A stretch of 61,647 nucleotides of DNA, the filler included. It is 13 parts of 13 records of this genome, joined end to end, with 100 filler letters (N's around TTAATTAATTAA, not from the genome) between each part and the next. Parts side by side here need not be neighbours in the genome. Positions count along the whole stretch, not along the records: positions 11,713 to 15,011 come from SRR15195285_2583; positions 15,112 to 19,277 come from SRR15195285_2588; positions 19,378 to 24,178 come from SRR15195285_2594; 10 more parts are not named here. The stretch is one strand, 5' to 3'. The notes under the pieces were generated by a model. It searched no databases and was not told the origin of the DNA. It was given only the letters and a program-made list of their open reading frames with translations. How positions within the stretch are numbered: the first letter of the stretch is position 1; each line of letters starts with the position of its first letter. A program made the translations under genes and the position numbers. Below are positions 11,713 through 23,936 of the stretch, one piece after another.

Positions 11713-14700
11713 CGGCGGCGGCGGTGGCGGCGGCGGCGGCGGGTGGCGGGTCATCAGTTACTACGGCACTCGTTGTACTTGGCCTGCGTTTAATCCGCTT
11801 GGCTGCTGCGTTCTGTGGATCCCATAGATGCCTCGGCGGGCGCTTGCAAGCCTCAGTCTCCTTCCACTTCGTCTCCTCACTGTCTTTCGCGTTCCCTTTC
11901 TTCGCATCCAGCACATGCTGTGCTCGAGCCGCCGCCACACCAGCTGCAACTTTGTCCAGCATATCATCCTGGCCTTCGTCGATCTTTGCTTGCAGTAGGA
12001 TCGACTGCAGGTTGAACAACCAGTCGACCTGCTCGGGCGTCAGAATCGGCAGCTGAGTCTGGTCATCCTTGGCCATCTCCGTTTTCTTTTCCTTGACAAA
12101 GTCGGCCTTCCCAAATCGGTCATCGCCCTGGTGCATCATCATAATGTACTTGCCCAGCTTGAAGGCTCGCCGGATCTCTTGCTGAACGTAAGGCCGACTC
12201 ATCACATCATCGGACAGGAACAGGAAGAAGACCTCAGAAGATGCCACACCGCTCATCATGCCAGATAGCGATCTGTCTTGCTGATCATTGTCCAGCCATG
12301 AAACCAGCCCTCGCTCTTGCATGAACTTGAGTTGGAGGAAGCTCACCACCCACCCTGCATTCAGCTGATAGTGTGAAAGGAAAAGATCATATTCGTACGT
12401 TCTCTCGCTGCGCGGAGATGAAGATAAAGAGCGATGCTGTCTGAAATGGTCGAGCGCGCGATCATCATTGAGCTCACTCTCTTTCTTGCGCCTGGTGGTC
12501 CACTCTTGGTCAGGCCCAATGCTGTGCAACTTGTTTCTCTTCTTTGCCATGTCTGCTAACCGCCTTTCCTCCGGTCGCATGTACTTAGATGATGCCCATG
12601 CCACTCGCTCAGTCACGAAATGAATAGCACTGCTTCTCAGCTCACTCAGCTTTAGACGGATGACATATGGAAAGCCTTCCTGTTTGATCTCGTTCTCTTG
12701 CATGCCGAACCACAGTGTATACGTGAGGCCCGCGCCGATGATAAGCGAGGCGAAAAGCACAAACATCGCAAACGTATCAAACGCTATGTCCGCCTGCTCA
12801 CACTTGAAGTTGCGCGTTAAGCCCACACCGGCGATCGGCTGTGATGTCCAGCTGCAGCGACCATCTATTTCGCATTCGTACGCAGCACTCATCGGGTCCT
12901 CGGAAAAGTCAACTCTCGAGTCACACGGCGGTACATCATCAGAAGCGTCTGTTGCTTCGCAGTAGCCACCAATGACTGTGTGATTCTGTGGTACCCATCG
13001 ACAATCCATGCTTGAAACGTAATCGCCACCACGAGCGGTGGTACCATCCACAGGATGCATCACGGTCATAGAATGACAGTCCAGCTGACCCTTTGCCGCG
13101 CAGCGATCGCGTCGAATTTCGTTCCAGAAGACAGCGGATACGGTTTGCGCGTTGACTATGACGAAGACTTTGACCATTGCCATGAAAAGCACAGCAACCA
13201 GGCACCAGAACACACTGACCTGCCGGAACCTGCTGAATCTGATTCGATACGCTTGTAGAAATATCCGAAGCTTGCTCCAAGCTTCAATATTCCCGACTGT
13301 GTCCAAGTCAAATGTGGGCAATAGTCCCCAATGCTGCTTCGGAAAGCGCATATTTGCCCACGGGGTCAGTTGGATGAAGTACAACATGTAGAGGTACCGT
13401 GCGTAAAAGTCGTCCTTGCAGCTGATGAGCCTGCCGAGAAGAGATCTGGTCAGACCAAAGGTCACACATGCACACAGAATGTGTATCACAGCTTGCTGCC
13501 AATTTGTGCTACAAGCAATGACGCTGCTAGGAAAGTGCTCTCCGCCTTGATCAAAAGTGTCAACGTTTGCTGAACAGGCGCAACCACCTCCGAGTCGACA
13601 AGGTAACCATGCATGCCAGATCGGAATTCCACCGTGTACGATCGAGATCAATATCACCAGCCATCGATTGTGTGTGTGAACGGCTCGTCTGAGACTGGAG
13701 AGCTGAATGATCATATCAGCAAGATTTGCTGCGGATATACACGTACGCGTCCCAAGTTGTGCCAGCTCTGCAGCTGACTCCTCGGAATATGGATCTAAGC
13801 CTGCCAGTGCTGACGGTGCATCATTCTGCAGCGGAAATACAGTCATTTGGCTGCGAACCTTCGTAAACTCCTTCATGATTTCGCGATCGACGTCTCCAAA
13901 GTAGTCATGGTGAAGGTCTTCATCATAGTTTGCCCACCGTGGAGCCTCGATAAAAGTCAGCTGCAGCTCGTGTCTTCGCATCTCGTCACGGCGATCGTAG
14001 CGCATGGTTCTGGTGACCCTTGAGTCTGTATCCTCCACGTTTTTGTTGAACCACTCTATCGAACCCCAGTTGATTTCTGTGCCGCGATGATCACGGAGGG
14101 GTGGTTCTCTGATGTCCTTTTTGGTTCGAATGCAGGTTTCTCCGAATCGAAATATCCACAGGCAAAAGTGGAGAAAGTGTGAATACGTCCAAGATAGCTT
14201 ATCGTCGTGCACTTCGAAGGTCACTGCAAGGAATCCCAGGAATAGAATCGTGATCATAGGGAACAGCCACCCCCGATTCTCTTCGAACTGAAGAAGCTCA
14301 AACTCAGCAGCCATTAGCGTCACCAACGTTATTGGAGCCAGGCATTTGCAGATTTTCTTGAATCTCTTCTGAGGAGACGTGACATTTGATCGTGTTGTCG
14401 CCAATTCCTCGTTCTGTTTCCAGTGGGACAATGCGCGGCGGTACCATCTGCTATGACGACTGCTCGCGAGAGTGTCAAGACCGCTGAAGCACGCATGCTC
14501 ATGTGCACTGATCAGTACCACAAACACATACATCATCAAGGGCAGAAGGACCTCAGAGTCAGCCAGATACATTCCACAGCTGGCCACATTCGAACATTTG
14601 GGGCAGGTGCCCAGTTCAGAGTTGGTGATGATGTCAAGCATCAGGTTTTGTGGCGTCCATGACATCCACAAGAAGCACCAGGACGGAAACGGATACAAAT

Positions 14701-15011
14701 CGTCACTAATTTCACACCCACGAAGTTTAAGCGACCGATTCAACAGGTAGAACTGCAGTAGCACCAGCAAGAGTGATAGCTGCAGGAACAGGTAAGCACA
14801 ATCCTCAACCTGTACCACCCAGAATTCGACAGAGGCCCAGCCGTTCTTCACGGTTGCCCCTAGCTGGTCCTTTAGGTTCACGTCAAAGCGGCGAGGGAAC
14901 ACGATCTCGTACTGGACCTGGTAGTATGGTAGCACTTCAAGCTCTGGCGCCGGCTCTGGGTCCAGCTCAGGCTCAGGCTGCGGCTCAGGCTCTGGCTCAG
15001 GCTCAGGCTCA
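11713..15011 (-). CDS. Multi-pass membrane protein with PHTF-like region and C-terminal TIR domain (partial at both ends)
   Basis: Open frame across the whole contig with many hydrophobic segments; TIR motifs YDLFLSHYQ..WLDND..GVASSEVFFLFLSDDVMSRPYVQQEIRRA (about 12391-11950). Confidence 0.85.
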
Positions 15012-15884
15012 NNNNNNNNNNNNNNNNNNNNNNNNNNNNNNNNNNNNNNNNNNNNTTAATTAATTAANNNNNNNNNNNNNNNNNNNNNNNNNNNNNNNNN
15101 NNNNNNNNNNNTGCGGATTTAGCAAGAGAGACGAATTGTCTAGACTGGGGACAGCGGCCTGAGACTGCTGTTTTGAAACTATTGTGTTTCCACCTTGTGT
15201 GTGATTTGCTAGTAAAATCTTGTATCTGTATCTGTTTGAACAGGCCTGTGATAGATGCCGTCTACAGTGGTCCCATATCTCGGTGGACCCACACCCGCAC
15301 TCCCACGGACCCGGCAGCACGACGCCCACAACACCAGTACAGCCGTACGATTCGTCCCTTACTCACGCTTCAAAACCAATTATCAACCCAGTCATCCATC
15401 GACGATCTGGAGCAGCGGATCAAGGAACTCAGCATCGAGATCCGGTCGGTCGTTGCGCAAGAAACCACTCGACGAAGACATCATCAAAGACCTGCGCAAA
15501 GACAACGACGAACTGAAAGAGAATGTAGACTCGTACTACGTCGTACGGTAATAAGGTCTTTTTTTAAAAATGTTAAAGAATGAATTTAAAAATCTTAATT
15601 TACCCACCCCCTTTTGTCGAGCAGCAGAGCAGCGCCGGATGCGAAGCGTCCGCGGCCTGTCACTGCGAAGGAGGGCGCCGGCACGGACTCGGACTCGAAC
15701 TGAATCGAGGGTGGTGTGGTGGGAGGCATCGAAGGTCAAAGGTCGGTTCGGGCCCGGGCACGGGCAGGAGCCGGGCACGGTGCGTACAGAACGGCGTGGC
15801 CGTATGAAGAGCTCAAAAATTCAACGACACATTTGAGTCACACTCTTGAGCACCCTAGCCTCTCAAGCGCAATCTTCACTTCTC

Positions 15885-18800
15885 TCAGACCAGATCATCG
15901 TCGTCGATTTCCATCTGCAGCTGCATGGCGAGCTGTTCGTCCATGCCCATCTCATCCACAGCAGCCTCAAATTGCGCATTGGCATCGCCGTGGCCGCCGA
16001 ATTCTCGCACCACATCAGCCATCTGCAAGTCTTCCAGGTCCTTACGACATTGAGCGACGACTTGCAGCCGTACCTCTGCGGATTTGATTCCCTGCAGATA
16101 CTCACGAACCTTTCTCCCGCGCCGTTCGAGCTGAGCTTGAACGAACATCTTCTCCGTGCCGAAAACGTCTCGATTGTTGCGGTTTTCGCGGCATCCGACG
16201 ACATGCTCGTGTGCATCTGCTCCACAGTCTTCGAGGCACCAAGCGCAGAAGCCACAATTGCACCGCCCGCAGGTCAACGCAAAGCATCCGGAAAATTGCA
16301 AGAATGCTTGCCCGCAGTGGGCTCGGGGGCATTTGAGCGTCAGCAGTTCTTCAACGATATGTTTGCGGACATCGTGTACCTCTCGCTGCAGCTTGTTCAT
16401 GCGGTTGATCCGTGCTTGTTCCTTTTCCAACCTGTCCCTGACCTCCACTTCAATCTCCTGGGACAGCCGGTGTTCCATCAGTTTTTTCATTCCGCCACCG
16501 TAGACGGTGAAAGTACCCGCCGGAACGTGCTGAGCTACGTCGGCGTCGGTGTACGGAGCTTGGCATTCCGCGCAGTGTACCTTCCCCTGGCGCTTGTCCA
16601 GAAGGTCGAAGTCAGCCGTGGACTCGCTCCCGACATAACTGCTGAAGCATTCATCGCATAGAAAGTGTCTTTCCTCGCCACGGCACTCCAAGCCTCCCGT
16701 TGGTTGAAAGCGCTCAAAGCAAATCGAACACTCAGAGGACCGTTGGAAGGTCATGACTGCAACCGGCACGCAGACTCCAGGCACCCAGTAGATGCAAGCG
16801 TTCGCAACTTTCTTGCCCTTCGGAAGCACACAGTCGTAGCCGGATTCTTTCTTCTGCAGCGACTTCTTGTTTGCCCGCTTGTTCTCTTTCTTGTTTTTGT
16901 TGGTTCCGCGGAACTGGTGTGCACCTTTGAGAACGTTGTGCTTATATGCAACGCCAACACAGACCGTGACCTCGTCGACCCCATCAAATAGTTGCAGAAC
17001 GCTCTCTGTCGACAGCAGCGTCAGCTTTGACCCAAAGCCATAGCGTGTTGGTTTGGGCTGATAAGCTGACTTTGCTTCCTTGATCAGGTCTGCCGGGTCC
17101 GGGAAGTGATCCATCGGGGCGAAGACTACGTCATACTGTCCTTTGTCATCCAGAGCAGGAGGAGGCCTCGCATCACCCTTCCCGTTGCTGACCAAGTCTT
17201 TGTACCTGCTGACGATTTCGAGCTGCCCCTGCCGCAGGGTCTGAAGGAACTGGTCGCCAGCAACACCGTCTATGTCGACGCGAGCTGATACCCCCAGATC
17301 CGTCGGCAGCTGCTCATTGACGAAGGTCTGAAGGGCCTGTGTCGTTATGATACTGTCGGCAGACTTCAGCGCAGCCTCGGTAGCATTCCACTGCATCTGC
17401 ACGCACGCTCTGCAGCTTGTCGGGTCCTTCCGTGGGTCAGGATCGTCTCCACACTTCCAGCTGGTCTCATGGCCGCATCCAAGCTCAACAGTGACCATCA
17501 TCTTGCATCGAACATCGGCTCGGTAGCACTCAACTTGTACACCGTTCACCGCACACACCGAGCAAACCTTAGAGACCTTGTTCTCACATTTGTGTGCGAT
17601 GCCAGACCGATCCTGGCGTTCCTTTGCACCGCATGTCAGCTCCCGGACGTGACCGCATGCGTCACAGCTTGAGAACACCGCAGCCCTGCACTCCCACGTG
17701 TCCAACGCATCGAAGGCATCCACACATGAGAGTTCAACCGAGTGTCCACATGCCAGGTTGGCCACGCTTCGATACTTGCACCTGATGTGGCGAGGGTCAA
17801 GTCCGCCAGGAAGCCCCGCTGGCCTCGGCATATCGTAGCTGAGTTCAGGGCATGGAACCTCCTCTCCGTCAATGTCGCGTAGCACAGCTTGCCATGGGGT
17901 GTAATCCATCTCATCTGCAGGCCACGGTCTCCACTGGCGCAAAGGTTCTGCTACCGCGCACGGCACACATAGTTCGTGTTCACAGAGAGGACTTTCCACA
18001 GCTTCTTCGTAGTCGCAAGGAGGCGGCCTCTCGTCAGTGTCTTCGCTCCACTTGAATGCGTGATGGCACGGGATTCTATGCATATCGTGGCCGCACGAAC
18101 GGCGGAAGGTCACAGCGTGCTCACAGCGTTGCACAGATCGTGTGTCCTCGCAGTACTCTGTTCCCGCCACAACGATAGTCTCCCCGGTCAATCCGTTCGC
18201 CCGGGCTATCCGTTCGCCCGGCATTGTGGCCTCGATCTGTGCTTTCATATGACACGGCGCAACTATCTCATGTCCACAACGGTACCGCACACAGGAAACG
18301 TCAACCGGGCACGGTATGTCAACCTTTGCACGAAGCTCAGATAGCTTGTGACAAATTCCAGGGTGGGTGTGATGCTCCCCACATGAGTATGTGAAGACAT
18401 CTGGCACAGGTGCCATGCACAAGGGAACGTCGTTCGACTGGCACTTGACTTGAACTTCATGACCGCACCCAAGAGTCCTTGTTACCATCTCATCACACGG
18501 CGGCTGCGTGCGCTTCAGCAGGTTTGTGCTACAGGGCATGTCAACCGTGTGCCCGCAACGTCGTAGGATTCGGACGGTGTGGTTGCACTGACCCTGTAGA
18601 ACTCTGCTGACAGGTTCTGAGAGGATTGGCGCTTCCATCAACGCAACCTCAGACATCTGGACGGCGTCCGAGCCGACTGCAGAGTAATACAGCACGGGAA
18701 AGCTCTTCCACGCATCTGCGTTTACCAGGTGACACGGTATCTGAACCTCACGCCCACAGACTGGACTTCGGCCAGCAATAGACTCTTGGCAGGACGGCAC

Positions 18801-19277
18801 TGGTGCGATCCCGGTGATCCATTTGAAAGCGTGTGCACAAGGAGCGCTCCTGATGTGGGTGCATTCGGCTCGGTACTTGACGGCAACCAAGCACTCAGGC
18901 TGCTGTGGGAAGTCACTCATGCTTGCAGCCAGGTCCGTCTCAGAAGGTCCGTATGTGATCCCGTGCTCAACCAGCACATCGCTATTTGCACTGTGCGCAG
19001 CAGAATTGCCGTGCATCTTTGCGGCGGTGATGTCCCATTCCTCCCGTAGACGGTTCGCTTGATGGCAGCGCATCGAGAGTTTGTGTGAACACCGAGGGCG
19101 GCCAATCTGGACAGCACTTGTGCAGATCGTTGGGTTAGTCAGCTCTGCTTGCTGCTGCCAGCACTTCATCTTGGATTTGCATCCACACGGTCTCTCGTGA
19201 ATCACATCCACGTCACATCTGGGTGGCGCTTGCTCCCACCTCCTGCGTTCACTGCAGGTAGGCCGTTTTGTCTTGTG
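15885..19277 (-). CDS. NF-X1-type zinc-finger repeat protein with RING and Rcat (RING2)-like domains, putative E3 ligase (5' partial)
   Basis: Many C-x(n)-CGH-x(n)-C repeats; RING CSICF..C..HFLCDEC..CAEC; Rcat CPRAHC..FSGCFALTCGRCNCGFCAWC; C-terminal ubiquitin-binding-like helix DEQLAMQLQME. Confidence 0.85.
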   Translation of the reverse strand, partial: HKTKRPTCSERRRWEQAPPRCDVDVIHERPCGCKSKMKCWQQQAELTNPTICTSAVQIGRPRCSHKLSMRCHQANRLREEWDITAAKMHGNSAAHSANSDVLVEHGITYGPSETDLAASMSDFPQQPECLVAVKYRAECTHIRSAPCAHAFKWITGIAPVPSCQESIAGRSPVCGREVQIPCHLVNADAWKSFPVLYYSAVGSDAVQMSEVALMEAPILSEPVSRVLQGQCNHTVRILRRCGHTVDMPCSTNLLKRTQPPCDEMVTRTLGCGHEVQVKCQSNDVPLCMAPVPDVFTYSCGEHHTHPGICHKLSELRAKVDIPCPVDVSCVRYRCGHEIVAPCHMKAQIEATMPGERIARANGLTGETIVVAGTEYCEDTRSVQRCEHAVTFRRSCGHDMHRIPCHHAFKWSEDTDERPPPCDYEEAVESPLCEHELCVPCAVAEPLRQWRPWPADEMDYTPWQAVLRDIDGEEVPCPELSYDMPRPAGLPGGLDPRHIRCKYRSVANLACGHSVELSCVDAFDALDTWECRAAVFSSCDACGHVRELTCGAKERQDRSGIAHKCENKVSKVCSVCAVNGVQVECYRADVRCKMMVTVELGCGHETSWKCGDDPDPRKDPTSCRACVQMQWNATEAALKSADSIITTQALQTFVNEQLPTDLGVSARVDIDGVAGDQFLQTLRQGQLEIVSRYKDLVSNGKGDARPPPALDDKGQYDVVFAPMDHFPDPADLIKEAKSAYQPKPTRYGFGSKLTLLSTESVLQLFDGVDEVTVCVGVAYKHNVLKGAHQFRGTNKNKKENKRANKKSLQKKESGYDCVLPKGKKVANACIYWVPGVCVPVAVMTFQRSSECSICFERFQPTGGLECRGEERHFLCDECFSSYVGSESTADFDLLDKRQGKVHCAECQAPYTDADVAQHVPAGTFTVYGGGMKKLMEHRLSQEIEVEVRDRLEKEQARINRMNKLQREVHDVRKHIVEELLTLKCPRAHCGQAFLQFSGCFALTCGRCNCGFCAWCLEDCGADAHEHVVGCRENRNNRDVFGTEKMFVQAQLERRGRKVREYLQGIKSAEVRLQVVAQCRKDLEDLQMADVVREFGGHGDANAQFEAAVDEMGMDEQLAMQLQMEIDDDDLV

Positions 19278-19377
19278 NNNNNNNNNNNNNNNNNNNNNNN
19301 NNNNNNNNNNNNNNNNNNNNNTTAATTAATTAANNNNNNNNNNNNNNNNNNNNNNNNNNNNNNNNNNNNNNNNNNNN

Positions 19378-20357
19378 CAAAGCGAGGGACTGGAGGTCTC
19401 CCTGTGCCTTGGATCAGAAATCTGGTGCTGATGGGTGACCACAAGCAGTTAGGTAGCTTTTCTCATGGTCCTACCCGTGACAATGGTTCGCTCATGCAAC
19501 GTGTCGCGGAGGTATCAGGCTGCTTTATGCTCGAGGAGCAGTACAGGATGGACCCAGCGATCTGTGGCTTGGTCTCGGAGCTCTTCTACAGCGGTCGTCT
19601 CTACACGAACGCGAACATTGCGATCGAGCGACGAAAATCCAGGCAGAATGGGTCTGATGGATCCGCTCAACCCGTCCGCATGTACGACATTGCAGGGGAA
19701 GAACGCCACCCTCCTCAGCAGCGTGGCAGTGAAAAGTCGATGAGCTGGGAGAATGAGCAAGAGGCGAACGCCATTGTTCAGTGGTACACCCAGCGGCGCA
19801 ACAAGGGCAGTCGCGCGCATCGCAGCCGCAACCGCCAGCAAACTGTCCTAATCATCTGCCTTTACGCTGCCCAGGTCAAGCTCCTCAAGCAGTTGCTCCC
19901 GGCGGACACGGAGCATCACGACTTCAAACGATATGGAAGTTTCAAGGACAAGAACCTCAGAATCGTGACAGTCGACTCTGCACAGGGTAGTGAGGCCGAG
20001 ATTGTGGCATTGAGCTGCGTGCGCGCGAACTTCAACGGCAGCATCGGGCATGCGAAGAACATGAAGCGAGCGTGTGTTGCACTCTCGCGTGCACGTGGCG
20101 AGCTTCATATTTTCGCCAACATTGAGACAATGGGATCACAGCGCAACCGTATGTGGCGCGAGGTGTTTGAGCTCGTGGAGCATCCGACCAACCGTTCGCT
20201 CTGCAACGATCCATATGAGCAATGCAAGTACTTGGGTCTCAGCTACGAAGATGTGGACGAAGCAGATTGGCCGCAATTACCGAACACTGGGCCAAGACAA
20301 CTAGGAGTCCTAGAGGATCTGCTAGAAGACGGCAACGGCCTCGCTGCGGCGTGCTGA
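19378..20357 (+). CDS. SF1 UPF1/DNA2/NAM7-like helicase, C-terminal (AAA_12) part, 5' partial
   Basis: Motifs LVLMGDHKQL, LEEQYRM, YAAQ, VTVDSAQGSEAE and RACVALSRAR. Confidence 0.9.
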
Positions 20358-20608
20358 CCGACCGGTACTCGGATTGTGTTATAATGCAATTGTTCTCTTG
20401 GGAGCTATCATTGTCTGCTTCTGTCTAGGCTTGGCTGACTGCCAATGCATTGACACGTTCACCCGCCACAGTTGCAGGTAGTACCCTACGAAGGTAGTTC
20501 GTTCTTCTAGTAGCTCTAGACTCCCCTCTAGAGATCCTGACTGATGCGTGCGTGCAATCATGGGGGGCTTGCGTTGAGATGGGGACTGGTCCTTGTTAAA
20601 GACGTGCG

Positions 20609-23600
20609 TCAGAGTGCGACAGTCGTGTTGAGCGGCGTGTCATTCGATGCTCCACCTACGCTGATTGTATAAGCCCCAGGCCACAGCTTCAAGTTCATCG
20701 TGTCGTCAAACATTGCAACGTCGACCCTAGGTGCGCGCATGAGCACCAGCACGTATGGATCAGAAAGCACGGGAGCGTCTACGGGGCATCCATAATCACT
20801 GAAGTTAAAAGAGAGATGCGCAATTGAAACACACCAGAGGAGCGGGATATCGACGGTGGCCTTGGCACCAGGACCGAGCGTCGGAGTGCGTGCGAAGCCG
20901 AGCATACGCTTCCAGTATGGCACAAACGGTAGTGTGCGAGGATCTTGAACATAGATCTGGACTACCTCCTGCCCAGCCACTCCGCCAGTATTTGTAACTG
21001 CGCCATTTGCGATACCGCGACGTGGATCCAGTCAGCTTGGAAAGTCAGTCCGAATGATGGTGAGTCGCTGGGTAACCAAGTTGTCGTCCCTCGAAGGGGA
21101 GTGCTGTACAATACGTACCAGTCACAGAGACCTGCCAGACTGTGTCGCTGTCGGTTGTATCAGGGAAGGTCCACCCAAGGGCTGTCCCTGACTTTACTTC
21201 AGCCGTCGGGGTTACGGTGAGCCCAGAGTACGTGTAGCTTGTGTATCTGTTCGAAGCAAAGAGTATGAGCATTCAGATAGGTAGACCACGCTGAACAATG
21301 CTGAAACTGTGACACACGTACGACATCCCAGCACCAAAGTAGAACAAAGGGGTCGGTGCAAAGCCACTTGACGTGTACGAATCGTAACAGCGACCATCTC
21401 CGTCGTAATTGCATCCTTTGCTGTTTGACACCCATTTGCCTCGGACGCGCTGAAGCCACGGGGTCGAGCCTGAGTGCACATGACCGACAGTCCTGGGCCA
21501 CGACTGCGCCAATTTTGCGGACGGATTTGCTCTGCCTGTGAGAATGTTTACAATGGCGTGGCCACCTTCTTCACCAGGGCGCCATGCGGCAACCATTGCA
21601 TCTACCTGTTCCAGAGCAACTGAATAAGCATACAGTACACAACCCTAGTCTGGACTAGTCTTGGTAGGGTTGACTAGTCTTGTCACGGACAGGGATCATC
21701 CACTGGCATCGATCAGAAGTATTGCGTCTACAGGTGTGATGAAAGCAGGCCGTTTGCGCACCTGATCGAGGACAGAATTGTCGCCAAAGGTCTGCGGGCG
21801 GCCGTGTACTAGAACAACGACAGTCTTCTTGGCGACAGCAGATACAGCCTTGAGCAGTGCTAGCTGCCCACCACCTAGGTCAAGGCTGTCCCTGTCCTGC
21901 CACTCTCCACACATGCGCTCGTCGTCTCCTAGTACTAAAATTGACACATCACCTGAAACAGCAACAAATTATGCCACAACACAAGCTTCTGCTTGAAAAA
22001 TCCAGCAAGCGACTGGACGTGGCTGATCTCTTCTGATGTGAAGATGGTCACAATCGACCAGACAGGAACGTACTTTCTTTGGCCAATGCTACAGCTGCCG
22101 GCAGGTCCTTGGGGTCGGCGGGTCCGCCGGCTTGGCCGTAAGCATCTGCCCCTCGAATATATGTCACTGAAGCAACACCTTCCGCACGAAGCGCCTCATC
22201 GATTGTCACTACGTGCGCGCCATCAAGGACGTAGCTTCCCACCAAAGCGGTAGCTGCACTTTGGCCGTTTGGCTTCGCGTCCGCAGCGGTGTTATTCGGA
22301 GGCGCAGCCTATGCGGACACAAGCAAACAATACAAGACATGATTAGGGAGCCTAGGCATCACGATTAGTGCTCCACGGACGGACGGAGAGTTGCACGTTC
22401 CGGGATGTAAGTGGGCGGCAGCTTGTCATGCAACTGCGCAAGCATGCAGCAGTGCAGTACGCACTGATGCAATGGCCCCGAAGAGCGCCACCTTCTTTCC
22501 TTTCAAGGTCATCGGGAGCGTAGCTTTCTGGTTCAGTAGGAGGACAACGCTTTGCTCGGCCCCTAAAAATTACAGCGCCAAATCCTTAAGGTGACTAACA
22601 ACAGCCACGACGTGATGTGATAATAGCTGGTTAAGTGGACGGACCCTCCAGCGCCAGCTGCCGGTGCGCTGGGGAGTCCAGGAGCGAGATGTGATCGTAT
22701 GGGACGAACGAGCGACCGTCAAATAGACCGGCGGCAAACTTTTGGCGCAACACACGCGTGACTACCTTGTCCAGAGCAGCTTCAGTCGTCAGCCCAGCGT
22801 CAATCGCAGCATCAAGCTTGTTGTAGCTCCACTTCTCAGGGTCGGTACCACACTGAAGGTCCCAGTCCACCCCGGCGTTTAGCGACAGTGCCGCCGCAGC
22901 AGTGCGATTCGGCGCCATGCCAAACGAGTAGACTTCTCCAACGTCATCACAGTCAGAGAGAGCGACACCGCCGAAGCCAAAATCGTCGCGCAGCTTCTGC
23001 TGCAGCATCCAGTGGTTGGCGTGGCACGGGACGTCGCCGACAGCGTTGTGAGATGGCATAACTGCGCGCACACCGGCACGACCGAGCGCCATCCAGGGGC
23101 GCAGGTAAACCTCGTGCAGTGTGCGGTTCGAAATATCTGCCGGCCCGCCGTTGAGCCCGCCTATGGCCGCGCCGTACGCTCCGAAGTGCTTGCCGAGACT
23201 GCAGACGTGACCGTCTGGCAGGTAGGTGGATGCGTTCCCCGGCCCACCTTGGAGTGCGAGCACGGAAGCACGACCCATATGCGACGCAATTATCGGATTT
23301 TCGCCAAAGCCTTCCTGGAGGCGCCCGAAACGAGGGTCCGTCATCATGTTGACCACCTGTCAGCCGCCGACCACAATTCAGGTGTGAGAACCGACGTTGC
23401 ACTGCTGCAGCAGCAGAAGAATGGGTGCTCACAGGTGCGAAGACACTGTCAACACCGATAGCAGACGCTTCCGTAGCGATTACTGAGGCGATCTTCGAGA
23501 CTAAGCTGACATTCCACGACATTGCCTGGCCAATGGGCTCCGGAAATATTGTCCCCCCGGCGGCACCCCCGTGCAGACCCTCGTTGATGAAGCTGATCGG

Positions 23601-23936
23601 AATGCCGAGGCGCGACGACGACTTGAACATTTGCTGCAGCTCATTGCGCTGCTGCACGCACGACTTGGTGTTGTCCAACGGGCACTCGAATGCAGACATG
23701 AACTTGGCAGCTCCGACGCCTGTCTTGTTGAAGCGTTTGACCACATCGGAACCTGTGTGCGTCGCGAAGGTCATCGCGATCTTCTCCTCTCGATTCATCT
23801 GCCCAAGCAGGTGCGACACGCGCTCCTCGATCGGCAGCCCGGCGTCCATCCACGGCCGCTCCGACAATTCTTGCGACGCCGCAGCTTCGACCGCCAGTAG
23901 CAGCGACAGCGCCGCAGCCATGGCGAGGGCACACAT
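20609..23936 (-). CDS. Secreted glycoside hydrolase family 3 (beta-glucosidase/xylosidase) with Fn3-like C-terminus, multi-exon
   Basis: Signal peptide MCALAMAAALSLLLAV; SRLGIP..EGLHG, DPRFGRLQEGFGE, KHF, LSDC (nucleophile Asp), AWRPGEEGG, PLFYFGAGMSY, EVVQIYV. Several GT..AG introns checked in frame, e.g. 23357-23432 and 22563-22644. Confidence 0.93.

Noticed and set aside
15885-20357. Helicase fragment and NF-X1/RING gene as a single ZNFX1-like gene or defence cluster
   Set aside because: They are on different contigs and opposite strands, and the helicase has its own stop at 20357; the adjacency is artificial.
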